NCBI RefSeq assembly: GCF_963921235.1
Contig: NC_086109.1
Coordinates: forward strand, 25,484,001 to 25,548,000
DNA length: 64,000 bases
Source: Mobula hypostoma
Lineage: Eukaryota
Direction of reading: 5' to 3'
Part shown: positions 53,020 through 64,000 of the stretch, piece after piece
How the letters are laid out: every line of letters starts with the position of its first letter
Position numbering within the stretch: position 1 is the first letter of the stretch
Position numbers and translations under genes: made by a program
Notes under the pieces: generated by a model
Seen by the model: only the letters and a program-made list of their open reading frames with translations
What the model was told of the DNA's origin: nothing
Databases searched by the model: none

Positions 53020-53750
53020 TGATTGCTGGGGGGAAAGCTCCATTCAATACAGGCTGGCCCTTCCACTGTATCCTGGATAATGGGCTACCTGATTGGCGGA
53101 CCACAGTTTGTGCGGCTTCGGAGGTGTGTGTCAGACATGACTATAAGCAGCACTGCGGCCCCACAGGGGACCGTATTAGCTCCATCTCTGAGTGGAAGTT
53201 CGCCTCTACTTCCCAAGGTCCTTTGGGGTATGCAGACCTCTCCTTCACATATTCTACCAGTCAGTTGTTGCCAGTATAATCTTCTATGTGGTGGTGTGCA
53301 GAGGCAATGGCATCAACATGGGTGATGCCAACAGGCTCAATAAAGTAATTAGAAAGGCTGGCTCTGATATAGGAGTCAAACTGGACACACAGGAGGTCAT
53401 GGTAGAGCAAAGGACCTGATGGAAAATCTTGGCAATTCTGGACGATGTTTCTCATCCTCTGCTTGCTACCTTGGCTGAACAGAGGAACAATTTTAGTAAT
53501 AGACCAAGACAACTGAGCTGCTCCAAAGACCACTATATGAGGTCATTCTTACCCTAGGCCATTAGGCTCTATAATGAGTCAACTTATAGCCAGGGAAGGG
53601 ATGACCTCCTCCTGTTAGATTGTTTGAGGTAACTCATTTTATTCTTTCTTACTTCTCTTCTAATATTTGTATGTTTGTTTATCTGTGCACTTTTAATGCT
53701 ACTGTGACATGGTAATTTCCTTTGGGATCAATAAAGTTATCTATCTATCT
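53020..53750 (+). mobile_element. Rex1/Babar-related LINE, internally deleted
   Basis: APQGTVLAP; FYQSVVASIIFY..VC..NRLNKVIRKAGS; (atct)n tail. Confidence 0.75.
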
Positions 53751-53974
53751 TTCTAGAAAGATTGCCCTTCCAGCTGCTCTGAAAATCCGAGCTGATAAAA
53801 GTTCAGAGTGATGGAGTAGGAGTCCAGGATATGAGTAAATGTTGGATCATCTCAGAGAGAAAAAAAAAACTTCAAAATGGCTGTTGTGTGCAGTGATTAG
53901 AGGAAAAACACTTGCAAGAAATGAAAACTTCAATAAACGTGACTTTCTTCTCATAATCTACCTTCAGTTTCCTT

Positions 53975-54465
53975 AAGGAAGGATGAGCTGGCATTGGAGA
54001 GGGTCCAGAGGAGGTTCATGAGAATGATCCTGGGAATGAAATTGTTAACACGTGAGAAGCATTTGATGGCTCTGGACCTGTACTCACTGAAGTTTAGAAG
54101 GATGGTGGGGGGGAGGGGTGGTTTCATTGAAACCTATCTAATATTGAAAGGCCTAGACTGAGTGGATGTGGAGAGAGTGTTTCCTATAATGTGGGAGTGT
54201 AGGACCAGAAAGCACAGCCTCAGAATAGAAGGATGTCTTCTTAGAACAGAACTGAAAGAGGAATTTCTTTAGCCAGATGACAGTGAATCTGTAGAATTCA
54301 TTGCCACAGATGGCTATGGAGACCAAGTCATTGGGTGTATTTAAAGCGGGGATTGATAGGTTATTGATTAGTCAGGGGGTCAAGAGTTACAGGGGGAAGG
54401 CAGAAGAATGGTGTTGAGAGGCATAGTAAATCAGCCATGATGGAATGGTGGACAGATTCAGTGGG
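53975..54465 (+). mobile_element. CR1 3' fragment
   Basis: Homologous to the 47770-49350 CR1 pieces. Confidence 0.8.
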
Positions 54466-55942
54466 GTTATTTTTGCTGGCTTGTAGTCTGCAAGAACTGT
54501 TCTAGTATATAAGAGATAAAGACTACAAGCAGTGCATCCAGCCATCTTTGTGATGAAATCTTAGTTTTTCGGCTTACTGTATTTCCTGGTTTGATTCTTT
54601 ATCCTGTAATTTGAGTTAATATAATTTGAGTTAATTGAACAAGTTAAGATTTAATGCTTTAGTAGCTTCAGTATCTTGAAAAGTCCACATCCTAGATGTC
54701 AAGGTTCTTTTCTCACAATATAGGATATCATACACAAAGAATCAATGGCATGACTCATTGTCTGACCCTGATACTTGAATATTTCTCTGTCTCACAGCTG
54801 AACTGATTAAAATGGGACACATCTTCCTCTAGTATTGTTTATTTCTAACTAATAATATTAGTTGCACTTAAATATTTAGATATTAATATCTTACAGTTAA
54901 GAAGACCACACAGACTCTTAATCATAACCTCAGCTCTAATAATAACATTATTTCTTTGCATGTTATCTGTCACCAGTAAATTCCAATGGCCATTGTTCTA
55001 CCTACTGACATTTATAAGCTCACCCTGTAATTGCTGAGATGTTTATACAATGTGAAAATAAACTATTACCACTACGAACATTACACATCATTCCTTGCAT
55101 AAGCTGATGAGTCAAGAAGATAAGTGCAATTTCTGTGGACGACACTATCTGTCAGGGACTAAACAGGACCAGAAATAAAATCTCTCATGGTTCCTGTCAT
55201 TGTCTGCAAGGAGTTTGTATGTCCTACCCATGATCATGTAGGTTTCCTCCCACATTCCAAAGATGCACAGGCTAGTAAGGCAATTGGTCACATGGCTGTA
55301 AGAGGGAGGCACAGCTTCATTGGGCCAAAGGGCCTGTTACCTTGCTGTATCCCCAATAATTTTTTTTAAATTGCCTGTTTCTAACTTGTTCAAAGTCCTG
55401 TTTACTCATTACTACTTGCACTGATGGATGGACTTATTCTGAAATAATTTTGTTTAGATTTGAATCTTTTCATGGTCAAATTCCTACTTCTTTAAGCTCT
55501 TCCAGCCCTACAATATATCAGTGACCTCTGCACACTTTAATTATTGGCCTCTTGTACACCTCTGATTTTCTTCACTTCCCATAGTAGCTCTGCCTTCAAA
55601 TGCTTTGCCTCCAGAGCATGAAATTCCCACCTTTATCTTACCTACCTCATTATCTCTTTCTCCTACTTCACATCTTAAAACCTATATCTCCAATCGAAGT
55701 ATTGGTTAGTCTCATCATTCAAGGTTTAAGGTGAAATCTTGTTAGATAAGTGTTTGTAAAGCATCTGGGATATTTGGGATGTTTTACCATGGTACAAACA
55801 CAAGATGTGTGGTTGTTCTTTTGCGGCAAACTCATACTACTTTTCTCATTTGACCAAATTTTCATTTTGAATTTCTACTCTTTGGGGTTACGTGTTTTTT
55901 TTCCCAAACTATGTGAAATAGCAGAGAATTTTTGTTCCAAGT

Positions 55943-56022
55943 CAGGGGCTCTCAACCTCAGGTCCACGGACCCATTGCTTAATGGTAATGGTCTATGGCA
56001 TAAAAAAGGTTGGGAACCCCTA
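55943..56022. mobile_element. 80-bp hAT-type MITE
   Basis: TIRs caggggctctcaacct / aggttgggaaccccta; 8-bp flanks ttccaagt / ttccaagg. Confidence 0.75.
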
Positions 56023-56306
56023 TTCCAAGGCCAATGTTTAATTACCTAAACGCATTATGAGATGGGTTTTTGGATTTTGATAGGAGCATGAAAGCATGAC
56101 CAGCATCAGTAAAGGAGGTGTTGGTACAACCTAAACAACAAGGGTTAATATTAGTATGTTATATAAGCCAGCAAACACATTGATTTGAGCTGTAATTTCC
56201 ATATCACTGTTATTATATATAAATCATCTGACGACTTTGATTCGATTCCAGTCTACAACTTACATACCAGAGTTTTTCATGCACAGCACTTGCTAGGAGA
56301 CCAATC

Positions 56307-57130
56307 TGTTGGCCATGGCGAATTTGAAGTATGGAAGAAAATGCCAAATTTGAATGGGTCAAGGACAGTGGAAACAGACAGATCAACTGTCTTTGTTCCT
56401 GCCATGCACTTAGGGATGGAGGCTGCCATTTCCTGAAGACACTATGTTCTCCATTTTGTGAGATGAAGTTGTTTGGCTTTCTGTGTTTTTAAAATAGATA
56501 CAGTAAGGCTTCACGTAATCTGTTGAACCGGAGATCATTTCCAAAGAAGGTAATTGTGAGGTGTTCTTTCATTAAATATAACATGCAGGTTTGTGAATGT
56601 TGGGGTTGATGCCTGTCTGGAGTGATTTCAGCTAGTTACTGAAGAGAACAAAGCCATTAATTAACAATTATCACTTGCTGGGAGAGGGCAATAAATTGAT
56701 GCTGGCATGAAGCAGAGCCAATAAAAAAGTGTTAAAGGTCAGACGCATGATCTAAAGCCAATAAAACTGGAATGCAATATTTGAATAGGTAAGAAACAAA
56801 TATTAAAGTGGGCACTTCAAGTGTGCTAACAGTGATAACTTTCTCAAAAGACCCACCATCGCGAGGAAAAACCCCCATGCCAGGGGCTGGGAGAAGAAAG
56901 GATCTATCATCTAGCCAATGGTGATCCCTTATTTTGGTGTTATAAATCAGAGAAGCGGTCTGAGTGAGTATTGGTACAGACGGAACAGTAGAAATTATGT
57001 TCTAAGTTATTGGCCTGGTGGCAACATAGTTACATTGTTGTTTGTGCAGAGACAATAAAGTGTGAGCTTCAATTATTTACAAGTTCCATAGTGAATTTCC
57101 TAACCTAGTTCTGTTGACAAACAATCAACA
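56307..57130 (+). mobile_element. Solo LTR (824 bp)
   Basis: TGTTG...CAACA termini; 4-bp TSD AATC at 56303-56306 and 57131-57134; AATAAA near 57054. Confidence 0.85.
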
Positions 57131-57719
57131 AATCTGTAACTCGCTTCCAGGTAATCTACTGTACATTCTATATATGGTATTGAATCTCTCAGAAACGCAT
57201 TTCCAAATATCTTGTATCAATATACAATTCCATGCCCCATAATTCAGGGATTTTACTAGGAACATTAAGACCTAGACAATTCAATTAGTGCACTTCTCAT
57301 GAATTAAACTCTTCAAATGGGTTGAATCATTTATTTTTTGGAAGAAGGTAGTGATCTAGGCATTGCTGTAGCCAGCATTTATTGTCCATCCCCATTGTTA
57401 CTCAGAAAATGGAGAGTTGACCACATATTGCCACAGTCCATCTGGTGAAGCCACTTTTCCCAACACTATTGGGTTGGTGAGTTCCAAAACTGAGACCCAC
57501 ATCACTATCTGTAAAACCTTTTGATTCAGACCTCCAGTTCATTTCCAGGGTCCCTATATTTGCCCCTCAAATCTCTTAATTGCAATAGATTGCAATTTTT
57601 GTCTCAAACCCATTTATCTTTTATATGCAGAGCAAGTTACTAAGGTGAAGGTTTTAACTATATTTAAAAAAAACACAAGCATAGAATACACCGTCATACC
57701 AGAACATTAAAATTCATTT

Positions 57720-59200
57720 TTAAGCAGCGCTCCGTGATTGGTCACTTTCACCCCGAAATATGGAAAAGATGTCACGCATGCTCCCGGCTGCGATTGGTTG
57801 TTAGCGGGGGCAACATTTCTGATCGACAGGGAAATTAGCCAATAGGTTGATGGTTGGGCGGAGAGTAGGCAGCCTCCCGCCGGAGAGAAGACAATTTTGG
57901 GGGTGTGTTCCTTAAGACTAGTTGAATCTCCTTTGACAACAAATTGTAAGGCGTAGAACGGAATCAAAACGGCCTTAATTTTTTTTTCAGTAGCGATAAT
58001 AAAATGACTTGATTTTTGGAACAAGATGCTCCAACACGTATCGATTGCACGGGAGTGCAAAACGCATCCGTGTCGCAACCCAACCTGGTCTATTTCCAGG
58101 AGCCGGATCAGAACTTCACTGGACACTGATGTACAAGTGCAAAACGACTGACTGTCGGCAGCGTCCACATATGCAGTCTCACCGGGAGTCGAGCCGGCCC
58201 CTTTTAATATCTGCACGCAGGTTGCGTGTGCAAGGAGACGGGACAAGTTGGGATGACATTCACTGATTATATTTATTCAAGGCTGCATCGCCTAAATGCA
58301 AAAAAAAATTCTTCGGCACCTTAGCCTTCCAGTCCAAGCGTCTAGGCGTATAGTATTTCATACCCCTAAGCTTCACTCAATCGAAGCAAAAGTCATTTTC
58401 TACCCTCCAGAGAAATGGCATCGATTCGTATCAAGCATTTAAGGAAATTAAAACGTGACGATTCAGTCACTCCACCCTCCCAATCCTCTCAGTGCTATTT
58501 CGAAAATCTTGGTTCATTCAAACACAGAGAGCATATGAAGCATTCTGATGGCCGGCGGAATCTCTCTGTGCAGAATCTAATAATTCACATGTTAATCTCG
58601 AAGTAATTTAGGGGAAAAATTAACTTTACCTCCAAATGTACCTCAGAGTTATCAAACATCCACTAACCTTACATCCACCGTCAGCTCCAGAGGACAACAT
58701 AGATTGCAAACATTAATAATTCAAGCATCTGCTATTTATGTCAGTTGGGGGTTGAGCATCTTACCAAGGTTCCTACGCACATTGAAGGTGAAAACTGAAG
58801 AAATCCGCCTTCAATAAAACTGACAATTCCGCAACTTACCAGCAAATAATCAGCCCAAATATACCATACACGATCGGGAGCCGAGGGTTGGAACTCGAAC
58901 AGAAATCTACTGAAAGGATGGGAAAGAGGCGGAGGATCCCGGTGTTAAGATTAAAAAAAACCCCAAACAAGTACTGACTCCAAATCAAAATCCAGGGTGG
59001 AAACGTCCTCACGCATTGACGCCAGCAGCGTGTGCATTCTGCATCATCTCCTAACCTAAGAATAGCCTGCCATATGAATGGAGAAAAAAATGAAAGTTTA
59101 TCTCAAGGGAGGTACAGGTTTGAGAATATTGTGGGCTGCCATAGTTAAATAACCTTTAAATTTACTCACGTCACTGATTGTTAAACGCTGATGGGATACA
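57720..59200. promoter_or_regulatory. CpG-enriched probable promoter / non-coding first exon region of SLC6A17
   Basis: Non-repeat CpG enrichment. CCAAT boxes at 57737, 57793 (ATTGG) and 57839; GGGCGG at 57856; CRE-like motifs near 59017 and 59166; strong minus-strand donor CTG|GTAAGT at 58840/58839. Confidence 0.55.
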
Positions 59201-60065
59201 GTGTGTTCAGATCACAGGGGGAAAAAATCTCTGTGCAAACTGAGAAATAGCTGGTGACGCAGAAAGAGTCAATGGGAGAGATATCAGGTTCGGTCCTGAG
59301 CCTGGGACTGGTCCAGGTGAGGGCTGGGATTAGTTGGATGAAGAAAAGCTACCGGGGTGGTGGGAGGGATGGAATCGGATACAAGAAGGTGGGAGAGGGG
59401 CTGCCAGGCTGCCCAATGAAGGATAGAGAGATAGGTGAGGGAATGTGAGCTGTATTTAGGTAGATAGACGCATTGTTGAAGGAGGTAAGGATGAGGGTGG
59501 TCTCCCTAGATTCACGTAGGGAACAATGGATAGCTGAGTTGGCCAAGTCTAGGTGGGCAAGTAAAGATTAGTATTGGAATTGGTTTGTAACAAAATACAG
59601 TGAAAAGTTTATCTTGCATACTGTTTACACAAGTCAAATCATTACACAGCGCTTTGAACTAGAATAAAGTAAAATAATAGCAATGCAGAATAATGTGTAA
59701 AAGTTACCAAAATTCAGCGCAGATTAGCAATAAAGTGCAAAAACATGACGATGTAGGTTGTGAGGCAAGGAGTCCATCTTTGAAGATTTCCATTCAAGCG
59801 CCTGATTACAATAGGATGGAAGTTATCCTTCAGCCTGGTAGTATGTGCTTTCAGCCTTTTGTGTAATCATTGTGCACTTTTCCATCCCTCCTCTATATAT
59901 CCTAATCAATGCTCATGTTGACAAAACTGGCTGATAATGGGGTATGAACCCTATTGGTGTGCAATACTTCTGCTGTGGTATCAACAAGCAGTGAAGAGCA
60001 ACATTTTCGCCATGGTCATTATGCTTAGTCCAAGTGTCAGCTGCTCTGTCCCTGAAAGGGCAATA

Positions 60066-61085
60066 TTCAGAATCAGAATCAGATTTGATATCATCAGCAT
60101 ATGTCATGAAGTTTATTAACTTTAAGGCAGCAGTACAATGAAATACATGATAAATATAGTAAAAAAGTGAGTGAGTTACATTAAGTATATATATATATGT
60201 CTATTAAATAGTTAAGTTAAAATACTAGTGCGAAATAACAAATCAAAAAAGTAGTGAGGTAGTGTTCATGGGTTCACTGTCCATTTAGAAATTGGATAGC
60301 AGAGGGATAGAAGCTGTTCCTGAATCGCTGAGCGTGTAACTTCAGGCTTCTGTACCTTCTTCTTGACAGTAACAGTGTGAAGAGGGTATGTCCTGGGTGG
60401 TGGGGGTCCTTAATGTTGGACGGCACCTTCCTGAGGCACCATTCATTGAAGATGTCTTGGATACTATGGAGCTTGGTACCAGTGATGGAGCTAACCAATT
60501 TTACAAGTTTCTACAACTTATTTTGATCTTGTACAGTAAGACCGCCCCCCGCCCCCCATAACAGACGGTGATGCAGCTAGTCAGAATACTTTCCATGGTA
60601 GATTTGTAGAAGTTTTTGAGTGTCTTAGTTGACAAATCAAGTCTCCTCAAACTGCTAATGAAATAAAACTGCTGTCTTGCCTTCTTTATAGATGCATCAA
60701 TATTTTGCATCCAGGTTAGGTCCTCAGAGATATTAACAAATTGCTCACTCTCTCAACCACTAATCCCTCTGTGATGATTGGTTTGTGTTTCCTCATCTCA
60801 CCCTTCCTGAAGTCCAAAGTCAGCTCTTTGGTCTTGCTGACGTTGAGTGCAAGGTTGTTGCTGCAGTACTTATCTAACTGGTATGTCTCACTCCTGTACG
60901 TTCTTTCATCACTATCTGAAATTCTGCCAACAATGGTTGTTTCATCAGTAAGTTTATAGATGCTGTTTAAACTACGTCCAGCCACATACTCATGGGTGTA
61001 GAGAGAATAGAGCAGTGGGCTAAGCACACATCCCTGTGGTGAACCAGTGTTAGTTGTCAGTGAAGTGGAGATGTTATATTCCAAA
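60066..61085 (-). mobile_element. Rex1/Babar-type LINE fragment with decayed RT
   Basis: TGSPQGCVLSPLLYSLYT, LALNVSKTKEL, MESILTSCITV; (aatcag)n tail. Confidence 0.9.
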
Positions 61086-62611
61086 CTAAAGTTGGTAGTT
61101 TGAGTGTGGTCTGGGAGGGTGCTTTCATGGAAAATCTGGAATTGCCTGATATGAGGATGCTAAATTCATTCGAGAGATAACTAGATGGAATTATCATAAT
61201 CAGGACAGTTAGACAAATGGAAAAGTAAGATCCACTGTTTTTCTCCAAATGTAAATCTGTATGATTGGCTTTAACTTCATCCTATCTATAAGAAGTACAG
61301 AACCCTTAAAAAAATTCATTTTACTGCACTGCCATTAAGTTACAGTGCACAAAGCAGTTTCTTAACTGACATCACAGACTTTGGAAATCAGCTAGGAATT
61401 CTCAGCTCTCAAAGGACTAATGATCTCTGGAAAAAAGAAGGAATGTCAAACAGAAGATCAGAAGAAGGATCATGACTGGTTGGGAAATGAGCAGAGATGG
61501 TTGTGTTTATAGATGCTATGACACTCCCAGTTTTTGGCAGATTATCAAAGACTGATAGTCACTTTCTCATTAACATTATATTTTGCCTTTAATGTGACCA
61601 TTTATGGAAGTAACTACATCCACGGCCATTACCTCCTATACTCCCTTAACTGTGCATCCAAAGGAAATGGTAAAAAAATATATAAATATGTGAAAAACGA
61701 TGGACAGTGAAAGACTCTCTCATATAGCTATTAATCATGGTACCTTCTCTATTATACAGTACATCTTCAACACATTCAGCTCAAATCTGTGTGAACTACC
61801 AGAAAACACATAGGTAAATCTAAGAGAAAATCCCCAAACAGTTTTATCTTTCAAAAGAATTTTTCAACCTTTTATTCAATTAAATTGCAATGCTAATTTC
61901 AACGTTCAACTGTTCTATCTAAAGCACCTGAAATGCTGCAGAGGAATTGGCAAAAGAATGGGATGAATAGATCCATTTGTCATTTTTGTATCATTCTGGA
62001 GTGAAATTTGATGGACCCCCTAAATCCAGGTCAGACTCATCATTAGTGTTCAAATTGTACTGAATATGCCAACATCCAGCCAGTCATAGACCTACAACCA
62101 TTAAACTTATTACACATACATTGCACATAGTCTCATGACCACGCACTCACACACAATAAAGTGGGCATGCATACACACACACGCAAACAAGCTAATACAC
62201 AGACAGACCAAAGATCAAAGACCATATTCATTTACCAATACACAATGCAAATGCACAAGCAAAATCATACCGATCCCATTATATATTATGCACATGGTCA
62301 CCTACTGTACAATTAAACACCCATATCCCGATGCCCTCACACACGTCCTCACATGAATACCTGCCGTCGGGCGTACACATCATAAACCCCATAAGCACAT
62401 ACTTCCACATACACAAGCACAATTGCACACTCACACCCGAATTTAAATAACCATACACATATCCATACATACTCAGATACAAAAGCTTACATTTCACTTC
62501 CTCACATGCATAGTAAGAATTTATTGAACGAAGACGTTGCCTGCATTTATATCTATAAACATGCGGCAGAGATGAGCATGGAACTAGACCACTCTTCCAA
62601 TGCTGATGGTT

Positions 62612-64000
62612 CATAGAAACATAGAAACATAGAAAATAGGTGCCCTTCGAGCCTGCACCGCCATTTATTATGATCATGGCCGATCATCCAACTCAGAACC
62701 CCGCCCCAGCCTTCCCTCCATACCCCCTGACCCCTGTAGCCACAAGGGCCATATCTAACTCCTTCTTAAATATAGCCAATGAACTGGCCTCAACAGTTTC
62801 CTGTGGCAGAGAATTCCACAGATTCACCACTCTCTGTGTGAAGAAGTTTTTCCTAATCTCGGTCCTAAAAGGCTACCCCTCTATCCTCAAACTGTGGCCC
62901 CATGTTCTGGACTTCCCCAAAATCGGGAACAATCTTCCTGCATCTAGCCTGTCCAATCCCTTTAGGATCTTATACGTTTCAATCAGATCCCCCCTCAATC
63001 TTCTAAATTCCAATGAGTACAAGCCCAGTTCATCCAGTCTTTCTTCATATGAAAGTCCTGCCATCCCAGGAATCAATCTGGTGAACCTTCTTTGTACTCC
63101 CTCTATGGCAAAGATGTCTTTCCTCAGATTAGGGGACCAAAACTGCACACAATACTCCAGGTGTGGTCTCACCAAGGCCTTGTACAACTGCAGTAGTACC
63201 TCCCTGCTCCTGTACTCGAATCCTCTTGCTATAAATGCCAGCATACCATTTGCCTTTTTCACCGCCTGCTGTACCTGCATGCCCACTTTCAATGACTGGT
63301 GTATAATGACACCCAGGTCTCGTTGCACCTCCCCTTTTCCTAATCGGCCACCATTCAGGTAATAATCTGTTTTCCTATTTTTGCCACCAAAGAGGATAAC
63401 TTCACATTTATCCACATTAAATTGCATCTGCCATGAATTTGCCCACTCACCCAACCTATCCAAGTCACCCTGCATCCTCTTAGCATCCTCCTCACTGCTA
63501 ACACTGCCACCCAGCTTTGTGTCATCCGCAAACTTGGAGATGCTGCATTTAATTCCCTCATCCAAGTCATTAATATATATTGTAAACAACTGGGGTCCCA
63601 GCACTGAGCCTTGCAGTACCCCACTAGTCACCGCCTGCCATTCTGAAAAGGTCCCGTTTATTCCCACTCTTTGCTTCCTGTCTGCTAACCAATTCTCCAC
63701 CCACACCAATACCTTACCCCCAATACCGTGTGCTTTAAGTTTGCACACTAATCTCCTGTGTGGGACCTTGTCAAAAGCCTTTTGAAAATCCAAATATACC
63801 ACATCCACTGGTTCTCCCCTATCCACTCTACTAGTTACATCCTCAAAAAATTCTATGAGATTCGTCAGACATGATTTTCCTTTCACAAATCCATGCTGAC
63901 TTTGTCCGATCATTTCACCGCTTTCCAAATGTGCTGTTATCACATCCTTGATAACTGACTCCAGCAGTTTCCCCACCACTAACGTTAGGCTAACCGGTCT
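62612..64000 (-). mobile_element. Young CR1 LINE (RT domain), continues beyond the window
   Basis: 368-aa ORF: QHGFVKGKSCLTNL, YLDFQKAFDKVPH, QGSVLGP, FADD. Premature stop at 62873-62875 relative to the 46.5 kb copy. Confidence 0.95.

Noticed and set aside
22860..57130. The two LTR copies as ends of one 34-kb provirus
   Set aside because: The 56.3 kb LTR has its own TSD on both sides, the copies are diverged, and host exons lie between them.
57723..57745. REST/NRSE site (gcgctccgtg)
   Set aside because: Only a short core matches; the second half-site is absent.
57707..58246. 179-aa ORF in the CpG-rich region
   Set aside because: No recognisable homology, and the ORF starts at a non-ATG codon; likely a chance ORF in GC-rich DNA.
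62640..63785. Plus-strand ORFs of 240 and 134 aa (also 9852-10385 and 47007-47507)
   Set aside because: Antisense shadows of CR1 ORF2.

Overview
Vertebrate nuclear DNA, most likely from a cartilaginous fish (ray/shark; inferred from the repeat complement). The window holds nine coding exons of an SLC6A17 (NTT4) amino-acid transporter gene on the minus strand. They run from the ATG at 40676 down to 2834, all with GT-AG boundaries and in frame (1652 nt); the last exons lie beyond base 1. A CpG/CCAAT-rich probable promoter and first-exon region lies at about 57.7-59.2 kb. The introns are dense with CR1, Rex1/Babar, L1 and RTE LINE fragments, V-SINEs, Tc1 and hAT elements, two related LTR copies and a perfect 42-bp minisatellite. 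Two retroelement-borne ribozyme signals stand out. (i) A family of short Penelope-derived insertions with 13-15 bp target-site duplications; the best copy is a ~200-bp hairpin with a minimal hammerhead ribozyme motif on each strand. (ii) A 185-bp RTE-type insertion whose 5' end coincides with a twister-like ribozyme motif. Repeat-family names come from motif recognition, not database searches.
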